DNA of 64,000 nucleotides from Vicugna vicugna (GCA_013265495.1 MU058221.1:5192066-5256065); one strand, 5' to 3'. Positions 25,301-38,834 are shown, numbered from the stretch's first letter. Program-made: numbers and translations. Notes: a model not told the origin generated them from the sequence alone.

Positions 25301-28300
25301 TTTTAAAATAATTTGGTATTTAAAGACAGAAGCCCAGTTTTTGCATTAATCTAAGCAGGTTGTGCAACTGGGTGTGAAACTGCTGGGCTCTTGGGCACCC
25401 CTCTTCCTTCATAAAATGAAGTAAGTGTAAGTGTAATGGACACATGGTTTCTTCCCGTCTGTGGTGTCCTCCACTCCGCTCTCACTCCTTCCCCTCCTCT
25501 TCCTTCTCGCTCGTTGTTTCCAGCCAGCAGAGGAAAAAGAGCAGCTGCTGCACAATGACGAGTACCAGGAGACGATGGTGGAGTCCACCTTCATGTACCT
25601 GACGCTGGACCTCCCCACCGCCCCGCTCTACAAGGACGAGAAGGAGCAGCTCATCATCCCCCAGGTGCCTCTCTTCAACATCCTGGCCAAGTTCAACGGC
25701 ATCACCGAGAAGGTAGCCCACTTGCACACCTACCTTGTTGATAACCCCTTTCTTCCTCTTGACACATTTTTCTTTTTATGCTTGGAAATCGCCACCTGTA
25801 TGTAATACATTTAATTTTAAAGTGTCCTGTGTTTATTGAGCCTACCAGACACTGCTGTTTTTAGCTGATCACCCCTACTCTTAACTTGAATTACAGTGCA
25901 TCCAAGTAGTGTGGAGAAAGGAATGGGTGTTGAGGATAGTAGAAACTCACAAAAGTAGGAAACACTCCCATCTTTTAAAAAATAGAACGTCAACATTAAA
26001 GTGGAAAAAAGCAACTAAAATCGAACTAAAAATTTTATTATTTCTATACTATTGCTCTTCATCAAGTTAAAAGTCTCTTTTTATATCTGCTAAGTTAACT
26101 GTTTCATGGTTTAATTCCTTTTTCATCCTAGACAAATTTAATTGTTTTTGGTTCTTTACTGGGAGATTTTTTTTTTTAATGGCAGGAGGATTTTTTTTAG
26201 CTTGATGCCTTATTCAGACCCTTTCTGCTTGCTTTATCAACTGAGATTCTTTTGTTTTCAGATAGTAAATGCCCTTCTCCCCCACCCCCAGTACATACAC
26301 GCACGCACACACATGCACACAGATAAGTGACAGTGATTCCTAAAATGTCTAAGCTGATTCTTAGGCTCATTTCATTTTGTGGAGGTGAAAAACCTTAAGG
26401 CTCATCTAGATCAGTTTATTTTATTTGGTTTTATTTTATATTGATTTTAAGTGACAGAGCTGGGGATCTAAACTCAGATTTTTCATCTGACTTTTTCAAT
26501 TGTGCACATGGACCCTATTATTACTGTTTGTTCAGGGTTAAGTAACATTAAGATTCTTGTGGACCCTCAGTATTGATTTAAATTTATTGTTACTATAATG
26601 TTACCTAAATTAGTATAAACAGAAATGATGGTATAAGCTACAGCTTTTAAGTAAATATTAAATTATAACAAACTTACATACAAATGAAACTTTGAAAATT
26701 GGTTAGTAGTGCTATTACAATGTGAATACAGCAAAAACCTTGCTATGTGAATGTGGTACTGATATCCAGGGTGAAATTCTTCCCCCCAGCATTTTCACAT
26801 AAACTCCTGAGAAACTTTTTCAAGTTTCTCTGTCACATCTCTGTGACAAGGCTGTGACGTCATTTAGGTATTAAATCTGACTATCCTTCACTAGTCTGAG
26901 ATAATTAAAAATGGTGCTTCTTGATGTCAACCTGTTATAGATACAAATGTGGGCAGTGAAATCTCTTGGCATTTACTTGATTTAAAAAAATTTTAGGTGG
27001 GGAGGGTATAGCTCAAGTGGTAGGGCGCGTGCTTAGCATGCACGAGGTCCTAGGTTCAATCCTCAGTACCTCCGTTAAAAAAAAAGTAAGTAAATCTAAT
27101 TACCTCCCCCCCCAAAAAAAAACCTAAAAAAAAATTTTTTTTTTTGCTTTTAACATGGTATTTTATATCACCCTTGCAGAGATGAGTTACTTGATGTCAA
27201 CAAAAAGACATTTTTTTCCAGTAGTGCTTATACCCTTAGATGATCAGAAATTTACCTGAATGAAGGTACATGTCTAGAGCTGGAAAACCTTTACTTCTCC
27301 AGTGCTCTCAGATTACTCATCATGTGGCAGGGGAGCTTAGTTTTTAAAAGAATAGCAGCTTTATTGAGCTTTAATTCACATGCCGTGCTTTTTTGTGTCT
27401 AATGAGATGGTTGCTTGGTTTTTGGCTTTTGTTATTTATTGCTTTATTATTTTTATTATTATGATGTGGAACATGACACTAACTGGTTTTTGGATGCCAA
27501 GCCACCTTTGTATTCCCGGGTAAATCATACTTGGTCATGGTGTGTAATTTTTGTTGTCGTTTACGTTGGAATCGGGTTGCTATTATTTTGTTGAGGATTT
27601 TTGCATCCACATTCATGGAAATATTGACCTGTAGTTGCCTTTCTTTGTGACATCTTTGTCTGGTTTTGGTATCGTGATAATGTTGGCCTCATAAAATAAA
27701 TTGGCAGGTGTTCCCTTCTCTTCAGTATTTTGGAAAAGTGTGTGAAGAATTGGTGTTAATTCTTCTTTAAATGCTTGGTAGAAAGTACCAGTGATGCCAT
27801 ATGGACCTGGGCTGTTTGTGCATAGTTTTCTGGTAACTGATTGAGTCTCTTTACTTGTTGTAGGTCTGTTCAGAGTGTTTCTTCTTACGTTTTGGTGATT
27901 TGCGTCTGTCTAGGAATCTGTCCATTTCCCCTGACTTATCTAATATATTAACATACAGTTGTTTATCATCGTCCTTCGTAATCATTTTTATTGCTATGAA
28001 GTCCATAGTAATGTCCCCTTTTTCAATTTCGAGTCTGGTAATTTGAGCATTTTTCTCTTTTTTTCTTGGTCAACTAGCTAAAAGCTTGTCTTTTCACAGA
28101 AATAGCTTTCATTGATTTTTCTGAAATACTGTTTTCCTGTGCTGTATTTCATTAATCTCTGCTCTAATATTTTTTGTTTCCTTTTTTTTGCTTGCTTTAG
28201 GTTTAGTTTGCTTTTCTTTTTTTCTGGTGTCTTATGGTGGAAGGTTATTGATTTGAGATCTTATTTTTCAACATAGGCATTTATGGCTATAAATTCCCCT

Positions 28301-31300
28301 CTTAAACACTGCTTTAGCTTCATCCCATGAGTTTTTATATGTTGTCTTCATTTCTGTTCATCTCAAAGTCTTTCCTAACTTCCCTTTTGATTTCTTTTTT
28401 AACCCATTGATTATTCAGGAGTATGTTGTTTAATTTCTACATATTTGTGAGTTTCCCAAATTTCTTTCTGTTGTTAATTTCTAATTTCATTCCATTGTGG
28501 TCAGAGAACGTCTTTGTGTTATTTCTATGCCTTTATATTTGTTGAAGTTTGTTTTATGGGCTAGTGTGTGGTCTGTCATGGAGAACATACCACGTGCACC
28601 TGAGAAGAATGTACGTTATGCAGTTAGTGGTAGAATGTTCTGTATGTGTTGGTTAGGTCTGCTTACAGTGCTCAAATCTATTTGTTGATCTGCTGCCTAG
28701 TTGTTCTATCCACTGTTGAAAGTGGGGTGTTAAAGTCTCCAGCTATTATTATTGAATTGTCCTTATCTTCTTGTTTTTGTCAGTTTTTGCTTCGTATGTT
28801 TTGGGTACACACTGGAACTTTGCTTCCGGAACAGGTAGTTTGGGCCAGAAGGAGAAGGTTGACATCCTGCCTCTCCTGGGAAGACAGTCCTCTGGGAGCT
28901 GGGGGGAGAGGGAGCCCTGTGTTCTGGCTGTACCGGTCTGGAGAGGAGCTTCTTTCTCACTTCGTTAGGAGGGAAACGAAGGGAGAGGTCTTGGTTCAGA
29001 TACCGCAGACTCTCACTCTTCTTACTGAAATTAGATTTTCTTTTAGAAGGGAACATTTCATTTTAGAAGAGAACATTAGAGAAAAACATTTTCCTTAGTA
29101 AACGTGTCTTCATTTGCTCTCTGCCCTTACGACCATTTGTGGAGAGTTTAAATGGCGATGGTGATGGTGGTTCTTAAAATAATTTTCACCAGTTTCGTGA
29201 ACTCGTGCAGCTCCTCGTGTTGTGACGCTGGAAGCGAAGCTCCTACTTGGCATTTTACGAGGTCGTCATCCAGGTGGTTTTGGAGTTCCTGTATCCTAGT
29301 TTTTTTTTCTTTTTGTATCCAGGTTTTAAATTAAAATATTTTCATGAGAATCCTGGGGATCCCTGATGGGGTCTGTGGTTGCCTCCAGAACTCACCCCAC
29401 TCCAGAGAGTGGTGGTCTCATTGGTGTTTCTTCTCAGGTTATGATTAGTCTTTCACTCCAGTTATTAAATTTTGACTGTACTAAGTTGTGTTTGTGATAA
29501 GGAAGAATACATTTATGTTCACTAGCTTTTAAGCCCCTTTGTCTGAGGAGGATGTCCTGAGTCCCTCACCACGCCATCTCCTCAGACATGCTGAGTGAGT
29601 CCACAGTGAGCGTTGCTTGACTGCACTTGACCCACGAGTCTTGGGAGCTTTGAGGAGGAAGGAACGTGGGTGTTGACACCTCTGCTGAAGTACCCCAATG
29701 ACGAGGGGCCCCTCCCTGCTTCAGAAGTGCCCGTTCCACGGTGCGCACATCTGAAAGTCAGGAATGTCTTCCTGATCTTGAATTAAGTGAGACTTTCATG
29801 GTTTTTAATTCTTGGCTATTAACAAATCCTCTTCTTCACTTGACATTTTTGTTGTCCATGTAGAAACGAATGCCCACGTTAGTGTGGCCGGAGTTCAATA
29901 GCATGATCACGTGCTGGCTGAAACGCAGCCCGCAGCTGAGGTGCTTCAGTCAGCTTCAGCCAGACTGCTGTTCCTAAGCCTTGTGTGTGGTTTCTGGGGT
30001 CAGGTGTCTTCTGAATTCTAAGCGTAAGGCAAAGTTACATCAAAAAAACCCCAAACCAAAACAACAAAACTCACATCCCTGCTCTAATGCTCCAGCGCTG
30101 ATTTGATAATTTTCTTCTCTCTCTCTAGGAATATAAGACCTACAAGGAGAACTTCCTGAAGCGCTTCCAGCTCACCAAGCTGCCTCCATATCTCATCTTT
30201 TGTATTAAGAGATTCACGAAGAACAATTTCTTTGTGGAGAAGAATCCGACTATAGTCAACTTCCCTATTACGTGAGTGTCGCCCTCCTTCGCTTCCTCGT
30301 AGGGGGTTAAGCTTGGGTTTGTTTTCATCTTTTGTGCCACTCTTCGTTTTGGATTGTCTGAGTTGGAGATTGCAAGGAACCTACCTACACTATGCAGGTT
30401 CAGAGTTTTTATTGAAAGGATACACATGTTTTAGGGTCTTCAGAGATGGGTGTTTACCCGAAGGCAGCTCCCCTTTCACCTTCTGTCCTGCTGCTTGCTG
30501 AGAACGGCAGTCTTTCAGGACAGGGAAGAACAGTCGGAAGAAGTAGGACAGGACGGGTGGGGTTCTCCTGGCTTTGAAGGAAACCCTGAGCAGGTAGCCT
30601 GTCCACCTCTTTGCTGGTCATCTCGTCTTACACGCTGCAGTGAGCTCGATGTGGACAGTGGGGACGACTCTAGATTTGTCTTGCTGCCTTGGGGTCCTGC
30701 TATCTTACTTCGTCCCTAGAGGACAAAGTCTGGAACATGGTGACTTTCTCCCTAGTGATGAGGAAGTTACAGATTTTGATGTCTAGCCTTTTTTAATAGC
30801 CTTATTTTTAATTTATGTGGTTGTCTTTTTACGAACATTCATGTGTATTTTAATGGGAAGTTTGGAGGAGTTGCAGAACGTTCTTGCAGGACCCTTTTGG
30901 GGGTAGATAGTTGGTTTTTCTCAAGAGACATGGCTTTTCACACTCTGAAGAACGTGGAGAAGCCTGGTGGCAGGGCAGGTGTGCAGCAAAGTGATTCTTT
31001 TTCATATTTTTTTCCAGTATAGGTTACTACAAGGTACTGAATACAGTTCCCTGTGCTGCACAGCCAGACCTTGCTGTTTGTCTGTTTTGTATACAGTAGT
31101 ATGTATCTGTTCATCCCAAACTCCTAATTTAGCTCCCCTCACCGCCACCACTTTCCCCTTTGGTAACGATTGTTTTCTATGTCTGTGAGTCTATTTCTGT
31201 TTTGTAAACAAGTTCATTTGTATCATTTTTTTAAGACTTCACATGCAAGTGATTTTTTTAACCTTAGAAAGTACGGTGGGGGCTGTAAGGGCAAGTGTGC

Positions 31301-34300
31301 ATCTCCTTATCTTTCTCCTTCCAGCCCCTCCGTTTTCCAGTTGCCCAGCCTAAGCGAGGACTGCCAGTGTTCTCCTCTGAAGATGGTACTAGTTCTTTCT
31401 TCTGTGTAGTGTTTAAGAGTGTAGCATCTAAAATTAAAGAGGTCTGAGTTCTGCGCCGTCCTGGCTGTGCGACCTTGGGCAGGTCATCTGTATGTTCTCA
31501 CGTAGATTACATGAGAGGCTTGGACTAGATGAGCCCCAGGGGTCCTTCTGGGTGTAACATTTTATCGTTTCTGGTGGGACGGTGTGGGCTGAGAAGAGAG
31601 AACCTTGCAGTTAGGATTACAGGAGAATTTCTTTTCTCTTTTCTCACTTCCTGTTCTTCTCTAGCATCTTGTTTGTGTGACACGTAGAGTGAGGTTGGAA
31701 GGTCTGTGTATCAGGGTTTCATTTCAGAACTGGACTCTTTTTTCTTTTTTTTAGTTTGTTTGAGGCGTGGGTAATTAGGTTTACTTACTGATTTTTTTTT
31801 TTTTTAAGAGAGAGACTGAGGATTGAACCCAGGACCTCGTGCGTGCTAAGCACGAGCTCTACCCCTTGAGCTGTACCCTCCCCTCAGAGCTGGACTCTTG
31901 TGAATTGCCAGAGTCACCGGTCTGTTCCTGGCAGGAAGGGGCACGCTCACTGAGTCTCCTTGCTCCGTGTCTTTATGTTGGGCCTGGAGTGTGCTTACTT
32001 TGCCACCAGTTGCATTTGGATTATCCGTTTGGTAACTGTGACTTCAGTAGTTTGTCCTTCAGAAAGCTTGGAGAAGCTGAGAAGATTACTTCTTGGCTAG
32101 TCAGCCTTTTGGAGAACATCAGGCCGTGTGACTGACTCTGGGAACCTGCGCTTAGTTGCTTCATGCACTGTAGTTACTTCTAGGGTAATAGGACTCTAGG
32201 TCAGCCAAAGTCCCCACTTCTTGACAAGGACCCTTTCCATACCTGATTCTTCTCCCGTGTTTTATTCGTAACACATCTTCTTTTTCACCAGAGTTCGATC
32301 AGACTGGCAGTAACGAGGGGCCCTCTGCTCGTCTGGAGACAGGGTTTCTGGAGCATAGTTTTGAAGTTTCACTTCCAGCCAATCAGGTGTTCTCCAGGTC
32401 GGACTCTTCTGATGGGGGGACGACTGACTGCGCCCTTGACTGTTTTCTAGAACAAAGTGATTTAACATGTCCTTATTCCTTTTGGCCACTTAAACAGTTG
32501 TACTTCTGTCTTAAAGGCCCGAGCATGAATACTTCTAAAGATTTCTCTAGGACTCGTTCAGAGAAGTCCGAACAACTGTCATTAAAGCTGCTATTAAATA
32601 TGAGACGTTAGTTCTTAGCAGCTGGCAGGCATTTTGGCTGTCTAGAGTTCATGAGGATTTCTGAGGACTCACATCTAAATTACGTTGTAACAATGACTGT
32701 ATTGCAGTCTGTATGGGACTCTGTCAGTCTGTAGAAATAAATAGCTGCCACTGACGCACGGAAAGCTACATAATGGAGTCAGAACAAAGTTGCCGGTTTA
32801 TTGCTACATGGTTGACATTGAACACTTTTTGTATTTTTGGACAGGTGATATAATCATAGTTTAGAATTCAAAAGGAGATACATATCTAGAAGTGACCGCT
32901 GGATGTGACTGCTATTAGCATTCATGGTAAATCCTTCCAGAGAGGACATTTCTGTGTTGCGTGTGATGAATGGTAGCACCTCAGACAGTTGTACAGAGAT
33001 GAGAAATAGAATGTAATCTCTCTTATTCTACCTTGTATTTAAGTTTTTATAAATATTTATAGGCTACGGGTGGTTATATTTTTCCTGAAAATAATGTAGT
33101 TAGCATTCTCTTAATATTTATATTAACTGTCAGTTTCCCTATTTGGTTATTTGGAAGTTCTTAGTAATTGTCATCGTGGTCTTCACAGGAAGCATATGTC
33201 ATAGCTCTTTACTTTGTAGTAACTGGTGTACATTTATACTTCAACTCACAGAATTCAACAAGTAAACACAAAGGCAGATCTTATCCCAGGTACAGCAAGA
33301 ATGCGTCTCTATGTTTTAAAAATGAATGTTCAGGTATTAAAAATAAATTTGATGTTTTTAAGTCCCAGTTGAAGGAACCTAGTCAGTGGTTTTTCTTGGC
33401 AACTGGAGTAGAGAAATTTGGAAGCTGTAGGGTAGCCAAGGTGGGTTCCAAAAAGAAGTGGACGCCAAGTGGGAAAAGAACAAAGCCGATGTCAAAGCAG
33501 AAAAGAGGGCAGGTTGCTTTCGTGGGTCTTGCTGCTGCTCCAGTGCCTGATTTCAGCTGCATTTCCTGGTCTGAAAACCTTGAATAAATTTCCCTTTTCT
33601 GCTTAAGCTACCTAGGGTGGATTTCTCTTCCTTGTAACCATTCTGCTTACTTGACTAAAAGAAAAACAATTAAATAAAGAAGCAAGGTCCCAGAAAATCA
33701 AACGAGGATAAATCTGCACGGTCTGCCTGGTTTGCCGTATGGAAATTGTTACAGTGATTGTGTACAGTGACAACACACATACTCGTGTGATTGGCCTTCG
33801 ACAGCCTGAGGCCAGAGACCAGCCGATCCCCTAACATGCCGCTGGTCCCCGGATAGGCCAGGGGATAAGGCGGTTACGCCCGCTGCCAGCTTAGAGGAGG
33901 TGGTGCCTCTCATGTTCATGTCATACAAGAGCCTTGGGTTTGGTAACCTGTTTAAATTCCCGCACTTTAGACTGCTAGGCGTGCCTTTAAAGTGTGCTTT
34001 TCCCACAGAGCCAATCTGTCCAGTCTGACTCATTTTTATGGCAAACGATGTGAATTTCTACAAACCTGGGCTCCAGTGACTCTTCAAGCCCACCTCGATC
34101 CAGGTCCTGAGATAGGGTTCCCCAGCTTTGCGGTCCGCTTGTGGAGCACAGTTACCCTCTACACAAAGGCCAGCCTCATAGCCTTTGTCTGACCTTCACT
34201 GTATCTCCATCTGCACAGCAACGTGGATCTGAGAGAGTACCTGTCCGAGGAGGTGCAGGCGGTGCACGAGAACACCACCTATGACCTCATCGCCAACATC

Positions 34301-37057
34301 GTGCACGACGGCAAGCCGGCCGAGGGCTCCTACCGCATCCATGTGCTGCACCACGTGAGTAGGGCTGGCGCCGCGTGGCGCGGTGGCAGAAGCAGGCGTT
34401 GCTCCTTTGGCATTTCAGGGGGCGGCTCCTTTCAGTTTGCCCTTCCTTGTCCTTGACTGTGGGACCCTGCAGGCGCTGGAGCTGCCAGTGGGTGGTTTAG
34501 GCAGTGGCTCTGCAGTTTTGGCTGCACTTTGGACTCAAGCTGGCGGGCAGATTTTAGACTCCTGATGCTTGGGCCACCCCAGCTCAATTACATGACAACA
34601 ATGTACTTTGTGCCTGTTGGTTTTCAACTGAGGTAGAGGCCAGGATGCTGCTGAATATCTTAAAATGCACAGGCAGCCCCTGCAACAAAGAATTTTCTGG
34701 CCCAAAATGTCAGTCAGAGTTAAGACTCTGTTAGATTGTCTGGAAGTGGGAACCAGGCTTCGTGATTTTTAAAGTTCCCAGGAGGTTCCCAATATGCAGC
34801 CAGGGCTGAGAAGCCCTGTCCTAGACTCGAGCCTTTCCACCTCAGCTGGAATCCCTGGACCAGCAGCGTGAACGTCAGACTCACCAGAACTCAGCATCTC
34901 AGACCCCGCCCAGCCCTCCTGAATCAGAGTCTGCGTTTTAACGAGACCCTCTGATTGGTATGAAATTAAAGTTTACGAAACATTTGTGTAGAGGTTCCCT
35001 CATGGCTAAAAAAATTTTGTGAACTTGCCTCAAGCTGAAAATGGATGAAACACGTGCTTAAGGTATATTTGGTATCACGCAGGTTACTAGCACAGGTGGT
35101 TCTAATTCGATGACTTTTCTGGAACTGTGTTTTTAATAATAACTAGCTGCTGTCTCTCAAGTACTTTGCTGTGTGCTGGACACAGTACACCAGGTGCTTA
35201 AAGTACGTTCATCGCATTTGAGCCTTAGAACACATTTCCGAGACGGGTGTTAATACTGTCTAGTTTCACATGAGGAACCTGGGCTCGGAGTGTGAGTGAT
35301 TTATCTGAAGTCAGTGGAATTGGGATTTCAACCTGGAGACTCGCTTTCCGGTGTTCTTAACTGGTCCTTCATATGGTGCTGAACTTCGGTCATGTTTCCC
35401 CTCTGAACTACGGGCATGTCCGGAATGTCTGGAATACATCTGTCTTTGGCAGTTCTTAGGAGTTTGGGTGGTTGAGGCAGGTGGACTCCTGGAAGTGTCT
35501 CTGCCGTAGTCCGGAGACCTCTCCCCACCTTGTGTGTGGAAGTAGGACTGAGGTAGATTTTGCTGTGTTTGCAGCGCTGGGATTTCAGGCCAGAGGAAGC
35601 AGGTTGGTATGACGGACAATGTCCACTGAGGGTGCTTCTTCTTGACCGACTCTTGCTGTGTTCTCTGGGGCCGGGGGTGGGTGTACGCGTTTAGCTGGCA
35701 CTGCCCGTCTCCTTAAGAGAGGGTGTCTGCTCCGCCGCTGCTGAGCCGCGAGGAGGCGTCTTAGGTGAGGAGCAGAGGGCTTCCTCTTTTTCCTCATTAT
35801 TATCCTCCTAAATTCTTCTTAACGGGCGTATGGTGTTCGAGACTCTGTTGTACTTCAAGGAGTCCTTGACAGGAATTTAGTTTGCTGAGATCCGCACCCT
35901 AAAGGCTCTTTAAATTGAATGATGCCCGGCAGAGGTGATAACCCTCTTACTGGGTGCGCAGCTCTTGCTGAGTGATGGTCTGGTGGCTGTTCTGACTTTT
36001 CTAGCTTTTGGTTGTGATCCCTTCCCTCTTACACCCTTTTGGTTTTAGGGAGCAGCCTAACCCAGCCCTTCTTACTCTGTGCAGGGGACGGGCAAATGGT
36101 ACGAGTTACAAGACCTCCAGGTGACTGACATCCTTCCCCAGATGATCACACTGTCGGAGGCTTACATTCAGGTGGGCTGCCCGTGGGTGGGATGAATGTG
36201 GCGATGGCGTGCGGGGCCGGCGGCAGGAGCGATGCGGGCGAAGGCAGGGCGTGGGGTTGGATCAGGTTGGGTGCCTTGCAGGATGCGCTGAGGAGTGCGG
36301 TGGGGCCAGGTGACGTGGTGGCGGAAGCCTAGGCGTGGTTTTCAGGGCGAAGGAGAAGGGCAGGGAAGCGTGGGAGATTAACGGGTGAGCAGAGGTTATG
36401 TTTATGGTAAGCCAGGTCAGTTTTTGGCCTGGTTTCGAGGAAGAAGAGCCCAGAACCTTCAGGGCTGCCAGCTAGGATTTGTCTCTGAAGCTTCCCCCAG
36501 TTCCCTAAGCAAAGTCAGCACTCCGTGTGGCCCCACGGCACTGTCTGCCTGTCTCTCCTGGAGCACCAGCTGTGTCACTTCAGCTGTCCTCTCCATCAGA
36601 TTGAGCGCTCGTGGGGCAGAGTACCTCTGCCTTCTCTTCCTAACTGCCCTAGGACCGCAAAGACGGAAGGGTGAGGCTGAGAAAACGCTGTAGCTCTGGG
36701 GAAAAGAAGGGAGACACTCTCGCTCTAGAGAGAGCTCTTTCCTTGGCGGTTGTGTCTAAAGTTACAGGCCTGGCTGTAAGTCCTTTTTCAGAAAAGGAGT
36801 TTGGAATGAAGTAAGAGAAGGGTAAGTGGAAGAGTGAAAATTGAGTGGGAGGGAATTTTCTGAAAGATTCTGAGTTCGTTTCAGAGGGTTTAGCGGGTGT
36901 GTAAGTGGGGTGGCAGGCCGTTCGCTGCCCGGCGCAGATTCAGGTACTTGATAAGTGTTTGCGGATTGAATGCCGGCTCCTGAACATCTGCTGTATTCAT
37001 TTCTTGCAGATCTGGAAGAGGCGAGATAATGATGAAACCAACCAGCAGGGGGCTTGA
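12999..37057 (+). CDS. USP39: U4/U6.U5 tri-snRNP-associated protein 2 (USP39/Sad1), 565 aa, 13 exons
   Basis: Exons: 12999-13266, 14756-14825, 16091-16185, 17375-17511, 19088-19240, 22072-22297, 23568-23645, 24735-24802, 25524-25712, 30129-30271, 34219-34354, 36085-36171, 37010-37057; 1698 nt; all GT-AG. RS-like N-terminus MSGRSKRESRG, ZnF-UBP (HCPYLDTINRSVLDFDFEKLCSISLSHINAYACLVCGKYFQG), USP domain with GLNNIKANDY, ends IWKRRDNDETNQQGA*. Confidence 0.98.
13860..14600 (-). repeat. Old L1 fragment, antisense, in USP39 intron 1
   Basis: T-rich, with L1M motifs (catttgggttgttttcagtttgg, cattcccagcagcagt, tttgcattttcttgattattgatgaggtcgagcatcttttcat). Confidence 0.7.
15228..15510. repeat. hAT DNA transposon fossil (MER3/MER33-like) with a short L1 tail inserted at ~15390-15465
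   Basis: cactgtctgatagac...ctactgagcacttgaaatgtagct...aattttaatt...catgtgtagctagtg, interrupted by aaattgacacattataaactgagtatacttcaatt plus an A-rich tail. Confidence 0.5.
18195..18354 (-). mobile_element. tRNA-Ala-derived camelid SINE (Vic-type)
   Basis: Reverse complement reads ggggagggtacagctcagtggtagagtgcatgcttagc..ggtcctgggctcaatccctagt, then an A-rich tail; flanked by aagcttt direct repeats. Confidence 0.8.
18850..19012 (+). mobile_element. tRNA-Ala-derived camelid SINE (Vic-type)
   Basis: gtatagctcagtgtcagagtgcctgcttagcatgcacgagatcctggg..ccccggtacctcc plus a bipartite A-rich tail with ctaatta-C-run. Confidence 0.8.
19741..19830 (+). mobile_element. Extremely 5'-truncated L1 tail
   Basis: ttgacacaacaatgtaaactgactataactcaataa plus an A-rich tail, flanked by an approximate agaaaatca duplication. 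Confidence 0.6.
22740..23460 (+). repeat. L2 LINE fragment
   Basis: ggagctcccattctagtggg..., gccactgtaaggagcttggattataccct...tttgttttaaacacattctggctg L2-like motifs. Confidence 0.6.
24996..25220. repeat. TcMar-Tigger MITE (MER2-like)
   Basis: caggtgaccttc...gttgaatctatggatacagaatctgtggatgtggaaggcc...gacttgagcatcctcgga...tactgagggctgactg. Confidence 0.6.
26997..27135 (+). mobile_element. tRNA-Ala-derived camelid SINE (Vic-type)
   Basis: ggggagggtatagctcaagtggtagggcgcgtgcttagcatgcacgaggtcctaggttcaatcctcagtacctcc plus tail; A-box and B-box intact; aaaaaaatttt flanks. Confidence 0.85.
27380..29420 (-). repeat. L1 ORF2-region fragments, antisense, in USP39 intron 9
   Basis: Long T-rich tract with L1 motifs (ttttgttgaggatttttgcatc, tctggttttggtatc, tggtagaa..accagtga, ttccattgtggtcagaga, gaagaatgta, taaagtctcc). 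Confidence 0.8.
30990..31255 (-). repeat. L1 3' end fragment
   Basis: tataggttactacaag..gaatacagttccctgtgct..cccaaactcctaattt..ttcccctttggtaac..ttttctatgtctgtgagtct; closely similar to 55520-55750. Confidence 0.75.
31740..31883 (-). mobile_element. tRNA-Ala-derived camelid SINE with a 16-bp target-site duplication
   Basis: Reverse-complement SINE head. TSD tcagaactggactctt (31724-31739) / tcagagctggactctt (31884-31899). Confidence 0.85.
34590..34970. repeat. hAT DNA transposon fragments (MER20/MER5-like)
   Basis: ggtagaggccaggatgctgctgaatatct..aatgcacaggcagcccc..ggcccaaaatgtca; gcagccagggctgagaa; ctgaatcagagtctgcgttttaac. Confidence 0.55.
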
Positions 37058-37478
37058 AGGAGGCCCTGGAACTTTGCTCCCTGGCACTTTGGCTGAGGAA
37101 GTAAATAAGAGCACTGAGCGAGGCTGATGCACGTCCCCCGAGGCTGCCCAGGTCTTACGTGCTCTGGTTCACATCGGAGCATCAGGGGTCCATCTGCCCA
37201 GGATGGCTCTGCTGTCACCCAGCTGTTCCTTGATCAGTTTATTCTAAACTGATGTCCCTTTCTCCTTCTGTCCAGCTCCCTTCTAGCCGGAACTCTTTTA
37301 CAGATGTATGTAATTTGTCTCTGGGTAGCTGGGAGTGTCTGAGGGACAAGATCGTTTCTTCTAAGCATCAGAGCCTCAGGACTAGGAATAAGAGCTTGAA
37401 GCCAGTAACACCCTTCGTCCATCATAGGTAGATAGGGTAGCTGTGGTTCTCTTCATTTCCTGATGTGTTTTGGGATGG

Positions 37479-37484
37479 ATTAAA
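37479..37484 (+). terminator. Candidate USP39 polyA signal ATTAAA
   Basis: ATTAAA about 420 nt after the stop, followed by T-rich sequence. Confidence 0.45.
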
Positions 37485-38834
37485 TATTTCCCTGTTTTTA
37501 AACCAGCCTCTGGTTTTATATCCTTCCCTTAGGCTGCTGCCTAAGAGGACAGCTTTTTTTTTTTTTTAATCTTCACAAAGTATCTACCCCATAGTCTGTC
37601 ACCTGGTGGACCTTGTGTTTGTCTCTTCCTGTCAGCCTATGCGTGTGTGTCGGTTAGGGTGCATTTGTCTCAGAGCAACAAAATATCTGACTAAAAGATA
37701 TCAATTGTTATTGTGTTTAACTGGAAGTCTCGAGGTGGGCGGTTTCAGCCTGCGGTGTGGGGCTGTGTGAGGGAGGAGGGATGGGGGGAGGGAGGAGGAG
37801 CAGCTGACTGCAGTGCGGTGCTGAGAACATGGGGCACCAGGAGCAAAGATTGCCTGTCAGCAGAATCGGGCCGAAGTGTTTTTCAGCAAGCTTGGTCATA
37901 GATTAGGAGCTGCCTGGAGGAAGCGTGACCTCGGCCTGTGCACTGTGGCAGATCTGAGGATGTGGGGAATCTGAAGATACAGCCACTGATGGCAGTCAGT
38001 CCACTGTAGCAAGTTCTCTTGGTGGGAGGAAGGAGCCACGCACCTCTCTGGCTGCCACCCTTTGCTGCTGGGACACAACACTGCTGGAACCTGTTGGAAA
38101 TCTACTCTCTAGTGCATGAAGGAAAGCTGTTAATGGGGAGGTGTCTCGGTCTGCTACCAAATGCCTGCGGAGGACAGCAGTGCCTGGGGAAGCTGCTGGG
38201 TACTGCTGCAGGGCTTCAGTCGTAGCTGGCAAGAAAAAATCTAAAAGGTTCGAATCTGTTTTCACAGAGCAGGCAAAAGGGGTTAATTTGGAGCTGAGGG
38301 GCACTAAACTGATGACCTGCCCAGTCCACCCCTTTGACGACCTGGCTGCCACATGTACATCACACCCGTGAACCCCACACAGCAACAGCCACAGCAAAGG
38401 AGACAGCTCTGTGTATGCCTGACAGAGACAGCTGCCCTTCCTACCAGTGAACAAGTTTTAAACCTTTCTCAAAATGAGATGTGCAGCCCCAAGATCCAGT
38501 GTCCATTGATAGTTCTGTGCTCCTCAAATCCAGTCACAGTCACACTGAATATTAGGTTGTCAGGTTAACTTCCAACAAGTTAACTAAAAAATGGTAGAAG
38601 AGAAAAAATGGTGAGCACCTGCGAGTTACCATGTGCACAAAACAAGCAAATGGGAAATGAGCAGAGCTGCCTGGAGTCCTCATTCCCGCAGGTGGGCCCC
38701 GCGCCGTAACCGATGCCCGCACTTCTTTCTTCCACCCCCACCTCCCTGTTCACTCTGCCCGTAGCTCCAGCCTCAGCTATTCCAGATGCTGTACCTGGGA
38801 CAGCGACCAGATGTTCAGTCTCTAAGGCCGGGGC

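Noticed and set aside
26997..27075. tRNA-Ala-like gene
   Set aside because: It has an A-rich tail, direct-repeat flanks and several dispersed diverged copies, so it is a SINE head and not a tRNA gene.
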